This document shows positions 1 to 15,100 of a stretch of 64,000 nt of DNA, one piece after another. Both the position numbers and the translations under genes were made by a program. The stretch covers positions 310,001-374,000 of the forward strand of contig MCFH01000003.1 in NCBI GenBank assembly GCA_002104945.1. Direction: 5' to 3'. Numbering within the stretch: the stretch's first letter is position 1; each line of letters opens with the position of its first letter. The notes below the pieces were generated by a model. The model saw nothing but the letters and a program-made list of their open reading frames with translations, searched no databases and was not told where the DNA came from. The stretch comes from Piromyces finnis finn. Lineage: Eukaryota; Fungi; Neocallimastigomycota.

Positions 1-3000
1 GTAACCCGTAGGATTAAGTTTTATTAAAAAAAAAAAATTATAAAAGATAATTTTTATTTATTTATTTATTTATTTATAATTTATATAAAATAGCAGTAGT
101 TATTAGTAACAGTAGTAGTAATTATGTATTGAAAAGAAAATAATTATTATCAATAAACACTATCGTATTTATTACAAATAAATAAAGTTAAAAAAAAAAA
201 AGAAGCGTATCTTTATTAGCATAATATACATTAAATATTTTTTTTTAATAGAATTTTGATGATGATGACCAAGGGACTAGATAAATATAGAAATACTTTT
301 ATTATTATAAATTGCTCTTTATATTTTTTTAACAGAATATTAATTTTTCGATTTTATGGATTCATTATCTATTTAGCCATATTGTTTGAATATTAACAAT
401 GATATCAAAGGTATATCATTAATAAAAAATAAATAAATAATACTCTGTAAAAAAAATAAAGAGTAGAAAGTATTCCTTTTTTTAAAAAAAATGAATCTAA
501 TAAAAAGTTTTAAATTGTTTAGAGTAAATTTTTATACTTTTATATTTATTAAGATAATAAGAATTGGTTTAGGAATAGATAAAATTATCATTAATATATA
601 TATACATAAAATGAAAATAAAAAAAAAAAAGATTAAATATTTTAAAAAGGGATAAGTTTATTCTATTAAAGTATTATTTCAATTTTGGTAGGTTCAATTA
701 ATATTATAATCTTTTTCTTCTTTATATTTATGATTTATTTAGATGCATTTATTCAATTCTATTATGAAAATTTACTTTTTTTAACTTTAATTAAAAGAAA
801 AGAAAAAAGCTTTTTTTTTTTTTTTTACCATGACTCTTTTTCATTTTTAGGTTGCACAGGTTTTTTTTTAAATTTCATTCTCCATCTTATTTTACCAACA
901 TTTTTTAGTGTGACACATGTAAAAATTAATTTGAAAAAGGTTACACTAACATTTCCATAAAAGGTAAATTAAATACATATTTTAATGTACATTTTAATAT
1001 TAAAAGGATTAGGTATTAATAGATTTCTTCCATCACACACTTTTCTTTATCAATAGAAAAAATAAAGTTATCAATTTTAAATTAAAATGTGGAACGGAAA
1101 TTTTACCATTTTTAATTCTTTATAAATTTAATATAATTTTTCTATTGCTTTGTTACACATGATAAGAGAAACCAATCAAAATTTAAAATGAAAGATTTTT
1201 AAACATTTTCATTTTTTATTAAATTAAAAACTCATCATCATCATGGAAATGGAAAAATAAAAAATCTTCTTTAAATGGCCATAGAAACAAATGAATAAAT
1301 CATATATAAATCATATATATCATGTGATTATTAATGAATATTTTTCATAGATTTAAACCTTGAAAATTTTATGTTTTAGATCAATTTAAAATTTTATTGG
1401 CTATTTCTATTGATGATTTATTTTAATACTTGTGACTTTTTTTGATAATAAAAAAGTGGAGAAATATTAAAAAATAAATGATTTTTTTAAAGGCATCTTT
1501 AGAGAATAAACTTTTCTCTAATGCACTTTTTTTCTTTTATTTCTTTAAAATATTGTTTTAGAATTTTGATTAGAATTATAAAGTGTTATTGTATGGAATG
1601 ATTTTTTTAAAGTAATAATAATAACGACATTATGGAAGTAATAATCCCAAATTAAATTTAATTAAAATAAAATTGAAAAAAAAAAAAATATTGATACAAA
1701 ATGGTGGATTAAAATTTGGTAGCTAGGCAATAAAAATTCTGGCAATAAAATTGAATTCTTCTGACTCTTTGAATGAAAATTAAAGAAAAAAAAAAGTTCT
1801 CATTCTTTTACAAAGTCCTTTTATTTATTAAATAAAAATAAATATTCAAAGTTTAAAAAAGAAAAAATAGTTTTTTAAAATATGCTTAGCCAAAAAAAAT
1901 TATTAGAATTTGGCTTGATGATTTGAATTGTGGCGCATTTTGTCGGATAATTAATTTAATAGTGGTAAAAAAAATTTATAAAAAAATTTTTCCCCATCAA
2001 GGTCTCTAATGGTATAATTATTAAAGCAACATCTAGACACCTTTAAGAAGAAAAAAGGTGTTGGAATAAGAAAGGGAGGAGGAAAGTGATTTTCGCATAA
2101 TAAATTTACTAAATTATTAAAAGAGAAGTAAAAGAAAAATTATTTTTACATAGTTACATTAATAATGTATGTTTTATATTATATGCAAACATATATGCAA
2201 CATCACCTTTAATAAAACTGAAATAAAAAAAAAAAAGTACCATTATTCTATTCCCATGGTGACTTTTGTAGTAATTTATATGTATTTACTTTTTTTTTTT
2301 TTGTCCATTGAGACATAATTTGTCTGAAACATAAAAATAAAAAATAAAAATAATAAAGCCATTAACTTAAATCTACTTTAATCAACTTAACCATATCAAG
2401 ATATTATTCTTTATTTACCTTTAAATGAATGAAAAAAAAAAGACTTTTAAATTTTGGATTTTGTATCTCTATTATCACAATAATAAAAAGGCATATTCTT
2501 TTTTTTTTTCAAAAAAAAATAACAATAAATTGGTTTTTTAAATTTCATATGGAATAATGCTTTTTCATATTTATTCCTAAAAATAGAATAATATTAAATA
2601 TTTTAATATTTCTTTTTTTTTTTTTATTCAAATTACCTTTTCTGCTTCATTTTTAAAGGAAATCGTTGTAACTGCAATCTGCCATTTTCTTATTCCTGAT
2701 TATTTACTTTTTTCTCTATTTTATTTTGCACGCTTTTTCTATTCTTTCTTCTTTTAGAAAAAAAAGATTTAAAATGAAATATTTATTTTTAATAAAATTG
2801 TCTATATTAAATTAGAAAATAAATAAAACCCATTTAAAATCACCTTCAATAATACAATACAATATATAATGAATATATAAAAACTATATATATTTTTATA
2901 TGCAAATTTGTATGAATAATATATGGATAGTTTATGTAATACAAATTTGATTTACAATCATTTCTATGGATTCAATAGATCTATATATATTATAAATATT

Positions 3001-3773
3001 ATTTTATATATTATATATATATTAAATTATAATCAAATAATATAATTCTTTATATTTTTTACTTAATCTCTAAAAGCTAATATATTAAATATTGGTTTTA
3101 TGTTTGTTTTTATCATTTTATTATTTATATATTGAAAGATCCTATATATTAATAATATATTATTATATTTGAAATAAATAATAATTATCCTTTTATTATT
3201 ATAATTATTATTATTTGATGATTATGATTATTATAATTAATAATAATAATTAATAGTTATATCATCATTAATGGATGTAGCGGAAAAGTATAAAATACAA
3301 AAAATTTCTTTTTTTTTTTTTTAATTTTTATCGTTATTTATTTAAATTATTTTAAAAGGTAAGCATGAATAGATTGAATAAAATTAAAAGAAAAAAAGGT
3401 GAAATGGGATGTTAAAATGGGAAGAGTTTAGACAAAGAAAATGTATTAATAAAATAAAAATAAATATATTTATATATATGGATGATTGATATAAATTGAT
3501 TTTTATCTCTTTTTTTTTTATTTCTTTTTTTAAAAAAAAAAGAGATAAAAATAATAAATGATATAAAAAAGAAAAGACGATAGGAATAGTTAATATTTTT
3601 TAAATAAAAAGAATTATAATTATTTATATTTATAGGAAAAAAAGAAATAAATAAAACTTGTTATTTATATATATATATTCATCGATATTTATAAATTTAA
3701 ATATTAATCAATTCTATTTATTTATATATAATTATTTATAATATAAATATAACTAGAATAAATATTATACAAG

Positions 3774-4984
3774 ATGACTAAGTTAGGTAAAGATAAAAAA
3801 CACTATTGATCATATTTTTTTTTTATATAAAATTTTAAGTACTAACTATTTTCTTGTATAAATATAATTTTATATAAAAAAAATTAGATGTTAATGCTCC
3901 AAATTTCAACTGGGGTGAATTAGGTTTCGCTTACCGTCAAACCAACGCTCACATTATTTTCAAGAGTAAGGGTGGTAAATGGGACAATGGTGAACTCGTC
4001 ACTGAACCATTCCTTCAAATGCACATTGCTGCTACTGCTCTTCACTACGGTCAAACCTGTTTCGAAGGTTTAAAGGCCTTCAGAATGAAGGATGGTAAGG
4101 TTAGAGTTTTCAGACCACAAGCTAACGCTGAACGTATCATCCAAAGTTGTGAATACTGTATGATGACCCCACCATCCGTTGAAATGTTCTTAGATGGTGT
4201 TAAACGTGTTATCAAGGCCAACATTGAATACGTTCCACCATACGGTTCTGGTGCTTCCTTATACATTAGACCAGTTATGTTCGGTATTGAATCTAAGGTC
4301 GGTCTTTCTTCCTCTGATGAATATGCTTTTGTCATTTTCGTTACTCCAGTTAGTGATTACTACAAGGGTGGTATGTCTAACCCAGTTAAGTCTTTAATTA
4401 TGGCTGAAACTGATAGAGCTGCTCCATTCGGTACTGGTCACATTAAGATTGGTGGTAACTACGTTGCTACTGTCAGATCTTCTTACCTTGCTAAGAAGCG
4501 TGGATACCCAGTTCTTCTTTTCCTTGATTCTGCTACTAGAACTTACATTGAAGAATTCGCCACTTCTAACTTCTTCGCTCTTACTCCAGCTGATGCTAAC
4601 GGTAAGCGTGCTTACGTTACTCCAAAGTCCCACTCTATTCTTAACTCTGTTACCAACATGAGTTTAGAAATCTGTGCTAAGGAACTCTTAGGTTGGGATG
4701 TTGAAAGAAGAAGAATTGCTTACTCTGAAGTTGAAGAAGGTAAATTCGATGAAATCGCTGCCTGTGGTACTGCTGTCGTTATTACCCCAGTTGGTGAAAT
4801 CGATCACGAAGTTGTTAAGGAAGATGGTTCCGTTGTTGTCAACAAGCACGTTGTTGGTGATGGTGTTACTGTTGGTGAAGGTCTTAAGAAGTTATACAAC
4901 ACTTTAGTTGACATTCAAAATGGTGAAAGAGAAGATCCATTCCAATGGATGTGGCCAGCTAACGGTATTGAAGAAGAAAACTAA
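3774..4984 (+). CDS. ilvE: Branched-chain amino-acid aminotransferase (PLP fold type IV); join(3774..3786,3888..4984), about 369 aa
   Basis: ATG ACT AAG TTA G|gtaaag ... TACTAAC (3840-3846) ... ttag|AT GTT AAT splices in frame to the 4019 ORF, giving MTKLDVNAPNFNWGELGFAY. Family motifs: LHYGQTCFEGLKAF, LYIRP, KIGGNY (PLP lysine), EEFATSNFF, CGTAVVITPV. Strong TTC/AAC/TAC/GGT codon bias, typical of a highly expressed gene. Confidence 0.95.
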
Positions 4985-5482
4985 ATTTCTCTTTAAAAAA
5001 ATTCCATCCCTATCAAAATATATAAAAAAAACATTCTAGCTTTTAAATTTAACAATAGAATATAAGAAAGAATAATCTTTTAAAATAATTTTTTTAAGAA
5101 AAAAGCTATTAAATTATTTTTTTTTTGAAGAAAACGAAAAAAAAATATTATGTAAATTAAGAAAAATAACCTCGAAAATCAATCAAAAAAAAAAAAAAAA
5201 CGAATAGTGAATTATTTAATATTACTTCAAATTATAAAAATGAAAATTTTTAATTAATGTTATATAAATTACCCAAAGTATTTTATTCCATAATAGAATT
5301 CAATTTTTTTTTTAAAAAAAAAATAGTAAATAAAAAATAAAACAATTTACACATTTTAAAAATTAAACATTTCAAAGGTATTTTAAAAAAAAGGAATTTC
5401 AATTTTATTTTTTAAAGAAATATTTAAAAAAGTTTATTTGCATGGTGTTAGGTATTGTTTTTGCTAATGAGTAAGGAATAAT

Positions 5483-5525
<43 letters not shown>

Positions 5526-5691
5526 GGTATTTCTTTTAAAATATTTTAAAAGTATGGTATATTGTAGAATTTTTTTTTTTTTTTTACATTTATGAACTTT
5601 TAAAAAAGAAATAAAATAAGCTTATTATAATGAAAAAATGCATGAAATAAGAAAAATAAATAAATAAAAAAAAAAAAAAAATTAAAAATTA

Positions 5692-7236
5692 TTAATTGAT
5701 ATTTGTAACAGTTGAATTACTTATAAAATCAAATGAAGAATTGATAGTAGATGATGATGTTGGTGAAGAATTTGATATTGAATTATCTTGTGGTAGAGTA
5801 ACATTTTTCTTTTTTGATTCAAATAAATTATAAAATTGATATATTGATTTTACAAAAGATACTCCGATATGTTTTAAATGTTTGGGATGATAATGTTCTT
5901 GCTAAAGAATAAAAGTATATTTATTATAATTTTAATAAAATAATAGAGTAAAAAGAAAAAAAATTGTGTGTATTTTTTAATCTCTTTTATTACCTTATTT
6001 AATTTATTTTCATAACCAGCAAAACTACATTCTAATGTATAACTATAATTCGTTTTCATTTCTTTATAACCTACAACTCTTGCGGTTGATTTTTTATAAT
6101 CTTCAATAACATATTTACAAGAATCAATATCAAAATAATTTGAATGATTATTCATTTGATTTGGGAAAGTCTTTTATTTATTTTTTTTTTTTTTAAAAAA
6201 AAAAAAAGTTAATGATCATTGATATTATTTGAAATAATAGATCTATTCATTTTATGATTTATTGTATCTTAATCTTTTTATTTTTTATTTTTTTATTTTT
6301 TTTAAAATGTAGGTTTACCTTTTCAGTGATATCTCCTAATATCTCTGATTTATCTAGTTCACATCCATATAAAAATACATTTTTTTTTCTAGAATGACCA
6401 TGAAAATCACAATAAAGCTAAATATTATTAATAATTAATTAATATACATGTATATATACACATTGATTTTTAATATGAATGTAATGAAAAAGGTGTTTAG
6501 ACGGTTGAGGTCTATTTATTCTTACCAAAACTTTTGAACCAAGACCTTTTTTATCATCAATAATATAATTCCATAAAGATTTTGTCCAATATATAGTTGG
6601 TGACATTTTAGATGAAACCTTATTTTCTGACCATTGTCGATTAAGATCTAAACCAGCAAGATTACATCTTTGACTATTTAATATAAAACATTTTCATTTA
6701 TTTAATAATTTAAATAGGTCTTTAATATATATTATTTATTGTAATTTATATGATGTATGTATATTTGAAATATGAATTACTAACCTTCCTAAAATAACAC
6801 CATCCTATTGCAGTAAAATCAATAGTCATTATAATAATGAAAATAAATAATTAATAATGTATTTAACAAATAATTGTAATATAGTTTAATTTTATATATA
6901 TAAACTATAGTATAAAAAAAAAATTTTTTTTTTTTTTTTTTTTTTTTTTGAATATAATACATACAGGGTTTAACATTGGAACAATTTTGAAAATAACATT
7001 ATGCCTTAAAAATACAGCTTTTGGATGAGAACTTACCAGGAAATCAATTAAACCTTCTATAATGAAACTGGAATTTGATTCTCCAGGATGAACTCTTCCC
7101 GTTAATAAAACATAGGGTTTGTCTACCTTTTTATTATCTATATATACATAGAATATATATATTGTTATAAATACTGAATTGAACTATCATTTTGATTATA
7201 TAAAGAAAAAAAAATTTTTTTTTTTTTTTTTTTTGA

Positions 7237-7289
<53 letters not shown>

Positions 7290-8618
7290 TTAAATGACTT
7301 ACCAAAATCTGTAATGGTTAATAAATCACAATCATTACCCATGATGGTTTGACATAAGGTTTGACGAATTAAAATGTTTTTAGGTATTTCATTAGTTAAA
7401 CTTTTTAAATATCTCTATTGTAATTATTATGTTTTATAACAACAACGAATAAGAGTATAAATATATTAATATATTTATTTAAAGAATTATCGGTTTTTGT
7501 TAAATTATATTTAAAATTTACCTGTAAATCAGAATAGGTATATGGATAATGATATGAAAAATATACACAATCATTTTCATAAGGGGTATACGCAGTAAAG
7601 GATAAAGTAGAATAGTATATTGTTGTCATTTCTAAAAAAAAAAAATCATTATTATTATTTAAATTAAAATAAATATTACTATTTATTTATTACCATTCAA
7701 TATGAATGATAATATATATATTTGTTTGTTTTTTTTTTTTACCTTTTTCTAATTCATTTGTAGTTTCTTCCGATACAGCATTTATACATTCATTAGTATC
7801 ATGAGTAGTACTATCATCTTTTTCTGTTATTTTATCAGATTTAATCATATTTTCATTTTTATTCTTTTTATTTTTTGTATAATCATCATTATCTGTATTA
7901 TCTTCATCATCGTCGTCGTCATCGTCGTCATCGTCGTTGTCATCATCATCATCATATACTATATCTGATTCATAATTATTTTCATTTTCTGCATTCTTCT
8001 CATTATCTTCAATCTCTTTTTCAATTGAATTAATATCATTTTCAAGATCATTTTCAAGATCATTCTCATTTTCGTTTTCATGATCTACCACACTATTATT
8101 TATTATAATGTCATTTTCATTTTCATTTTCATTTTCATTTTCATTCTCATTCATATCAAGATCATTATTGTCATTTTCATTCTCATTCTCATCATTATCA
8201 ATATCTTCGAATAAATTATCTTTCTTTTGCTCCTCATTATTTATATCATTGATAATTATATTATCTTCTTCTTCCTCTTCTTTATTATTATTTTTATTAG
8301 TATTCATTGAATCTTTACTTTCGGAGGTAACATTGGAATTATTGTTTGATTTAGATTCTTCTTCATCCATCTTTGTTTTACTACCTATAAAATATAATCG
8401 GAATATTTAATTTTTAATTATTATCATTGAATACATGTAAAAATGAAATAAATTAATCTATAATGCAATATTACTATTATTTTTATTTTTAGATAATTTC
8501 CGTTTTCCTTTAGTTCTAATATAATTGTTTTTATAGTATTCTATATGACTTCCACTTCTTTTCCATATTTTTTCTTTTGTTGAATATTGAAGTGGTAACA
8601 TTCCTATATTCATCATTT

Positions 8619-8664
<46 letters not shown>

Positions 8665-8945
8665 CGTTATTATTTAATTACTTTTATTTTACTAGATAAT
8701 TAAAAAAAAGGGAAAATCATTAATTCTATAATAATTAAATGTTAATATTAATTTACCTGATTTGAATTGACTATAATATTGTCAAATAATAATAAGATAT
8801 TATAATTTAGTATAAAGAGGAAAAATGCTAATATTTTTATATTTATAAGAAAAATAAAGAGAAAAAGAATATTTTACCTATACATTTTAGTCATATTAAT
8901 GATATTAAATCTATACATAACATTTGGTACCATTTTTCTTATTAT

Positions 8946-8980
<35 letters not shown>

Positions 8981-9141
8981 ATTATTAATATAAAACCTTT
9001 TTTTTTTAAAAAAAATTTCTATTATTAATTATATTAATAGATACATACGATACTGAAAAATAGAACCATTGATTATGTTGTCCTCGTTCAACATTAATAT
9101 CAGATTGTAAATACAAATCATATTCATTATCTAAAACCTAA

Positions 9142-9172
<31 letters not shown>

Positions 9173-12053
9173 GGAATAAACTTGTCAATATTTACTTACT
9201 AATATATATTGAATAAATCTATATGGGTTACCTTTACTGCAAGTTCAAGATTACCACTTTCAAAATTGGAATCAAATTTTAATATACTTTATAATACATA
9301 CATACATTAATATATATATATTTATTAAATATTTGATATTTTTTTATGGGTTGTATAATAAATTATTTAATAGGATTATTTATGAAAATTTATAATTCAT
9401 TATTTTTTATTACTTTGGATCGGATAAAAAGGATTTTGCAACAGATTCATTACACTTATCATATACTAAAATGTTCATAGGATGCTTTTCTTGAGAAATA
9501 TATTTATTAATTTCATTTAATAATATATATCGTATTGAACTAGCATTTTTTTTGATAAGAGGTTCACTAATATCATATACTGTATTTCCTAAAGTTTTTA
9601 TAATGGTATTCGATGTTATATTAGTATTGGAATTGAAACCAGATATTGATGAAGTTTGACCATTATTATTATCATTACTATTTTTTTTTAATATCATTTA
9701 ATAAATATTTAATATAATAGAAATAGATAATATAAAATAAGTTATAGATTAATAAATTTAAAAAAAAAATTGAAATAAAATGAAAATTTTGATAAAGCTT
9801 TTTTTTTTATTATTATTATAATTTTTTTTTAAAAATATAATACTTTAAATAATTTTCTTCTAGAGGATAAATTTCTGGGAAATATTGAGATAAATTTTTT
9901 TTATCAATAATATAAGTTTCTTCTTTACTTTCCATTTCTTTATGAAGTGTATATAACGAAGATATATTTTCATTTATTTGAATTAAACTATTATAGAGAT
10001 ATGGATTTTTGGCTATATTATAAATATTATTAAAACTGTTATTTTCATTATTTTGTAAATTGTTATGGTCATTACTATGACTATCGTTTGAATTTTCGTT
10101 ATTATTATTATTAATAGTCGTTGTAGTATTAATAGTGGTGTTGGAACCATTTTTAGATGATGATAGTGATCTTATATTCATATCCTTATCTATAGATTTT
10201 AATTTCAATTTAGAAACATTATAATATTTCCAACTTTTTAATAATGAATTATATGGTAATGATGTTTTTGGTAGACAGCTTCGGGTAATATCTATCATCA
10301 TAAGGTATAATTCAATAATTTTCTTTTTATTTTTATTATTTTCAATTAGGTTACCAGAAGGTAAACTTTTAGTTTTGTGATGAAATAGTTTCATTCCATT
10401 TGATTCTAAAAATGATTGCTTTCCTTTTTCTTTTATATATATTATATAAAAAATAAATATTTAATTATTTAAAAATTTATTACATAAATATATATATATA
10501 TATATTAAAAATAACATATTTATATATTAGAAAGGAGTATGGGGAGAAGACATTTACCATCAAGAATTAAACATTTTATTATTTTTAATAATGATTTTTG
10601 ATTTGCAATATCTTTTTCCATTGAAAATATTTTCAATATATGATTCATCGAATAAATGGATAATATTTTTTTCTATATTTTTCTAATTAATATTAAATAT
10701 ATATATATAGTTTTTTATTTTTTTAGCTAAACTTTTTAAAACTTTCAAAAATTTATAGTAATAATCTATAGTAATTGATGGATATTAAGATTTACAAAAA
10801 ATAAATAAATATATTTACTTTGAAAAACAAAACATTGAAGTAAATTCAAAAGACAAGCATTTCTTGTTTTTGAAAATTTGGTCCATTTTTGAAAATAGAG
10901 TTTATGAATATGTAATATATTTGTTGAATTCAATAATTCAATAACGTTATTCACTAGAAAACCAAAATTGAATGAATAGATAGGATGTTAATGTTTATAT
11001 TGGTATAATAACATAGATTTATATTATACTTTTTTTTTTAAAAAAAATATATATATATATCATCAAATAAAAATTTTTTATTATTCTTTTTTTTTTTTTT
11101 TTTTTTTTAAATACCATTTTTAGACATTGCATTTAAAAAATAGAAACATTGGATAACTTTCTTATCTTGATTTAAATTACTCCATAAAAATATTAAACTT
11201 ACTATAATAGGTAAACAATTTTTAATTCTTAATTATTTACAGAGAAATGTTAATAAGGGTAATTATATATATATAAATTATATTAGGTTTTTATATAATA
11301 ATAATAATTATCTATATTACCTTGAAGAACAATGAATTCTTTTTTCTTTTATAGAAATATAAAAAATAAATATCATTATAATTTTATTAATTCATTAATG
11401 AAATGTAAAAATTATCAATATATTTTAAAATTATATACTTTATATATAATTATAAAAAAAATGTATTCTTTAGATTGATAAAACTATTTACCTATAGTAG
11501 ATAGTAATAAAAGTGTTTCAATGGAAATATGAAGAATACAATATAATACTTTTTGTGAACTTTTTTGTATGGGTATAAAGGAGTTAGAAGTATTTATTTT
11601 TGATATTTTATATTCATCATTTAATTTGAGTAAAACTTTCAAAATTTTATTTGTTAAATTCAATTTTGATAAATAGGCAAGACTTTGAGAAGATATACGA
11701 GCAAAATTAAATACAATTTTAAAAACATTATAATAATCATTTAAATCCTTAATAATCTATTATTTATAATTAAAAAAAAAAAAAAAAAAGAAAAAAAATG
11801 TATATTAAATTTCTGGTGTTATCATTTTTTTAAGTATCAACTTTTTTTTTTCCAAATATATTTACATTAAAACTATTAACAATTGAATCAATATTTGTGT
11901 TACTTTTTGAGGTTAATGAAGTAAATAATGTGATAGCTGAGATTAATAACGTATTTAATATTGATAATTATATAAATTTTAATAATTATATAAATTTTAT
12001 ATAAATAATATATAAAATTGGTATATGAAATATTTATATAATATAAAAATATA

Positions 12054-12110
<57 letters not shown>

Positions 12111-15100
12111 CAAAATATATAATTTTAAATTACGTTGGGATGATAATTTAGTTATATGATCCTGTATTTCTGATATATTATTCCTTAGTTTTTTAATTTC
12201 AATATTATTTCCATGAGAATCGTCATTATTGTTACTGCCAGATGATTCTTTCTTTTTATTTAAGGATTTATTTGATTTAACCTTTAAGGGTGATGCGGAT
12301 TTAACACTTGATGAAAATGGTCTTTGGGCTACTATTTTTTTAGCCTTTTTTGCTTTTGAAAAAGATAGTAATTTTTTTGTTGTTATGAATGAATTATTTA
12401 TTTCAGTCGATGAGTTTATATCATTGGAATAAATAAATTCGGATTGATCCCTAATATTATTGTTATTTAAAGAATCTTTTTTTCTGCTTTCCTGTTCATA
12501 ATGATTCGCCATTTCCATGCTATTGGAGACATTGGTATGATGCTTTATGGTAGTTTCTGTATTATTTACATTATTATATTTTATTTCTTCTGTGTTCACC
12601 TCACTCATGCCTTGCACATTATCAGTATTAAAATGAATAGATTCATATATAATAGGATCGGTGTTTAATTTGTCATTATTACTGTCATTATAATAAATGT
12701 TATCATGATCATAATGGGATTGATTAGTATCCGAAGTAATAATTATTATATCATTATCGGAATCACTATTATCATTAAATAAAATCTTTCCATTAACATT
12801 ATTATCTTCAGAATCTTTTTCTATACTGATATTTTTATTATTAACATCATTTTTAGATGATTTATTTTTCTTTTTTTTATTGTCTTTTTTATTTTTTTTT
12901 ACTATTTTTTATCCCAATAAAAGTATTCCATTTAATTGATATATATAAATTTCATTTTTATGATTAGAATTATTATATATTTTATATATAATTAAATTTT
13001 TGTATTGTTATAATAGTGAAAATTTGTAATATTTATTTTTTTTAGTAATTTCCATAATAAAATAAAAACTTTTTTTATTTACCTTCTTTTTTATTTTCTA
13101 AATTAGTAGATTTTGTAGAATAACTTTTAATATTTATTGCTTTTAATATACCAAAAAAAAAAATTTTTTTTTTGTTTATTATTAATAATAATATTATATG
13201 TATATTAGTTTGAATTGATATTGTTATTTATAGTTGAACCATTATATAGAGTTATATATAAATTAAGTTAGGATTCATATGAATTTTTATTTAATAGCAT
13301 TAATATTTAAATAAATATAGAGAAATATGACATACGTAATACATTTTCTTTATTCATAATTTTATTTTCTTTATTTCGCCCCAATAAATTTATATTATCA
13401 AAATATAAATTACTACCTAGTTTCATTGATGATAATGGTTCATCTCGCATACCGTTTATTTTACTTTTTTTAACATAACTATCATTTATTCCACTTCCTG
13501 CGGCTGATAATGGTTTATATATCATATTATTGAATTGATAGAGAACGTTTGTTTTTGTAAAATTATCTAATTTTGAATAAAAATTCTTTTGAAATGCCTT
13601 TATTTTTAAATTCTTTTTATCTATTTCATTCATAAATATAGGTGTATTTTTATTAATCTTTTTTTTTTTAATTAATTCACTTTCATCTTGCTTTATATTT
13701 TCATTTTTTTCTTTTTGTCCCTTGATTTCTCCCTTTTTTTTATATTCCAATGCCATTTCCTTATTTTCATCATTATCCCCTCTTAAATCATCCTCCGAAA
13801 TTTGTTTTGTTTCATTGTTATATTTATTTTTTATATTATCTATATTAATATCACTATTACTTAAACTTTTATTTTTCCCTATTACATTAATATAGTTTTC
13901 TAAATTATCACTATCATATTATTTATTTAATAATGAATTATTTTTTTTTTATTATTAAAAAAACAGGAGGAATTATAAAATTTAATATAAAGAAATTTAT
14001 TATAATTTTTTAAACGAATTATATTTTTTTTTTCTTATATTTTTGAATATTAATATTGTATTCTTACTTTTTAAGCCTTACACTACTATTTATACTGCTA
14101 TTAATACTGCTATTAATACTGCTACTACTGCTACTATTTCTACTACTATTACTGCTATTTTGATTTTGTATACTTTGATCATCATCATTTAAATTTATTT
14201 CAGATAAAGAATTAAAGCTATTTTTCTTTAATTTATTATCTAGTTTAAATTTTAAATAATCAATATTTCCAAATTTTTCATTGTCATATGCCTTCCTTTT
14301 TGACAGTTTATAATAATCCAATATTTTTTTAGAATTTTTTAATGAAGATGAAGATAAATTTATTAATGACGATAAATTTGAACTTTAAAAGTTATATCCA
14401 TTTTTGTTATTCAAAAATATATATACATATATACATAAAAAATTATATTAAAATAAAAATTATGTTAAAATTCTTCAAACTTAATGTATATTATAGGATG
14501 TTTTTTTTTTAAAAAAAAAAAAAAAAAAGGAATTAGTATATTTAAAACATACTTTTTATTTTTTGAATATATTTGGTTATTTAATTCACTTTTTTTGGTA
14601 AGAATAGGAATAAATGATGTTACGGGTGTATTCTTATTTTCAAAACTATTTGAAAATGTCTTAGGTAATAATGAATTTAATGAATTATTTTTAGATTTAT
14701 TAAATATATTATATTTGTCTTCAATTATTTCAATTTCTGTCGATGGTTTTGATGAAAGTGTTTCGTAATTTTGTTTTAATTGTTTTTGATATAAATCAAG
14801 AGCAATACTATATTTATCAATGGATGAGCCTAAAATAAATTTTAATAGAATGAATATATTTAAATTTAGAATAATAGTAACAATAACATCATTATCATCA
14901 TCAACTATCATTATTATTTGTTATTGTCATTATAATTTAAAAAAAATTGTATATATTATCAATTATCAATTTACTATTTTTCTTTTTATTTCCTTTTCTC
15001 TTTCTTCTCTTCTTTTTTGAACTTTTTGAATTTTGACTTTTCTTTTTCCATAATAAACTTGAATAATTAATTTTTTTATCACTTACATATAATTTGTTTT

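Noticed and set aside
240-960. ORF 685..960 and short exon-like patches at 250-410
   Set aside because: The ORF is F/I/L-rich from AT bias and includes a poly-T run. The 250-410 patches have stops or no recognisable motif in any frame. They may belong to a gene outside the window but cannot be supported.
2250-2263. ATTCCCATGGTGAC matches the degenerate RFX X-box consensus RYYNYYATRRNRAC
   Set aside because: A few matches to this degenerate pattern are expected by chance in 64 kb at this base composition, and it lies far from the ciliary gene starts.
4051-4907. Overlapping ORFs on both strands within the BCAT gene
   Set aside because: These are shadow frames produced by strong codon bias; they carry no independent motifs.
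8108-8410. Plus-strand [12 protein letters not shown]..
   Set aside because: It is the antisense reading of the (GAA AAT)n acidic exon of the carboxypeptidase.
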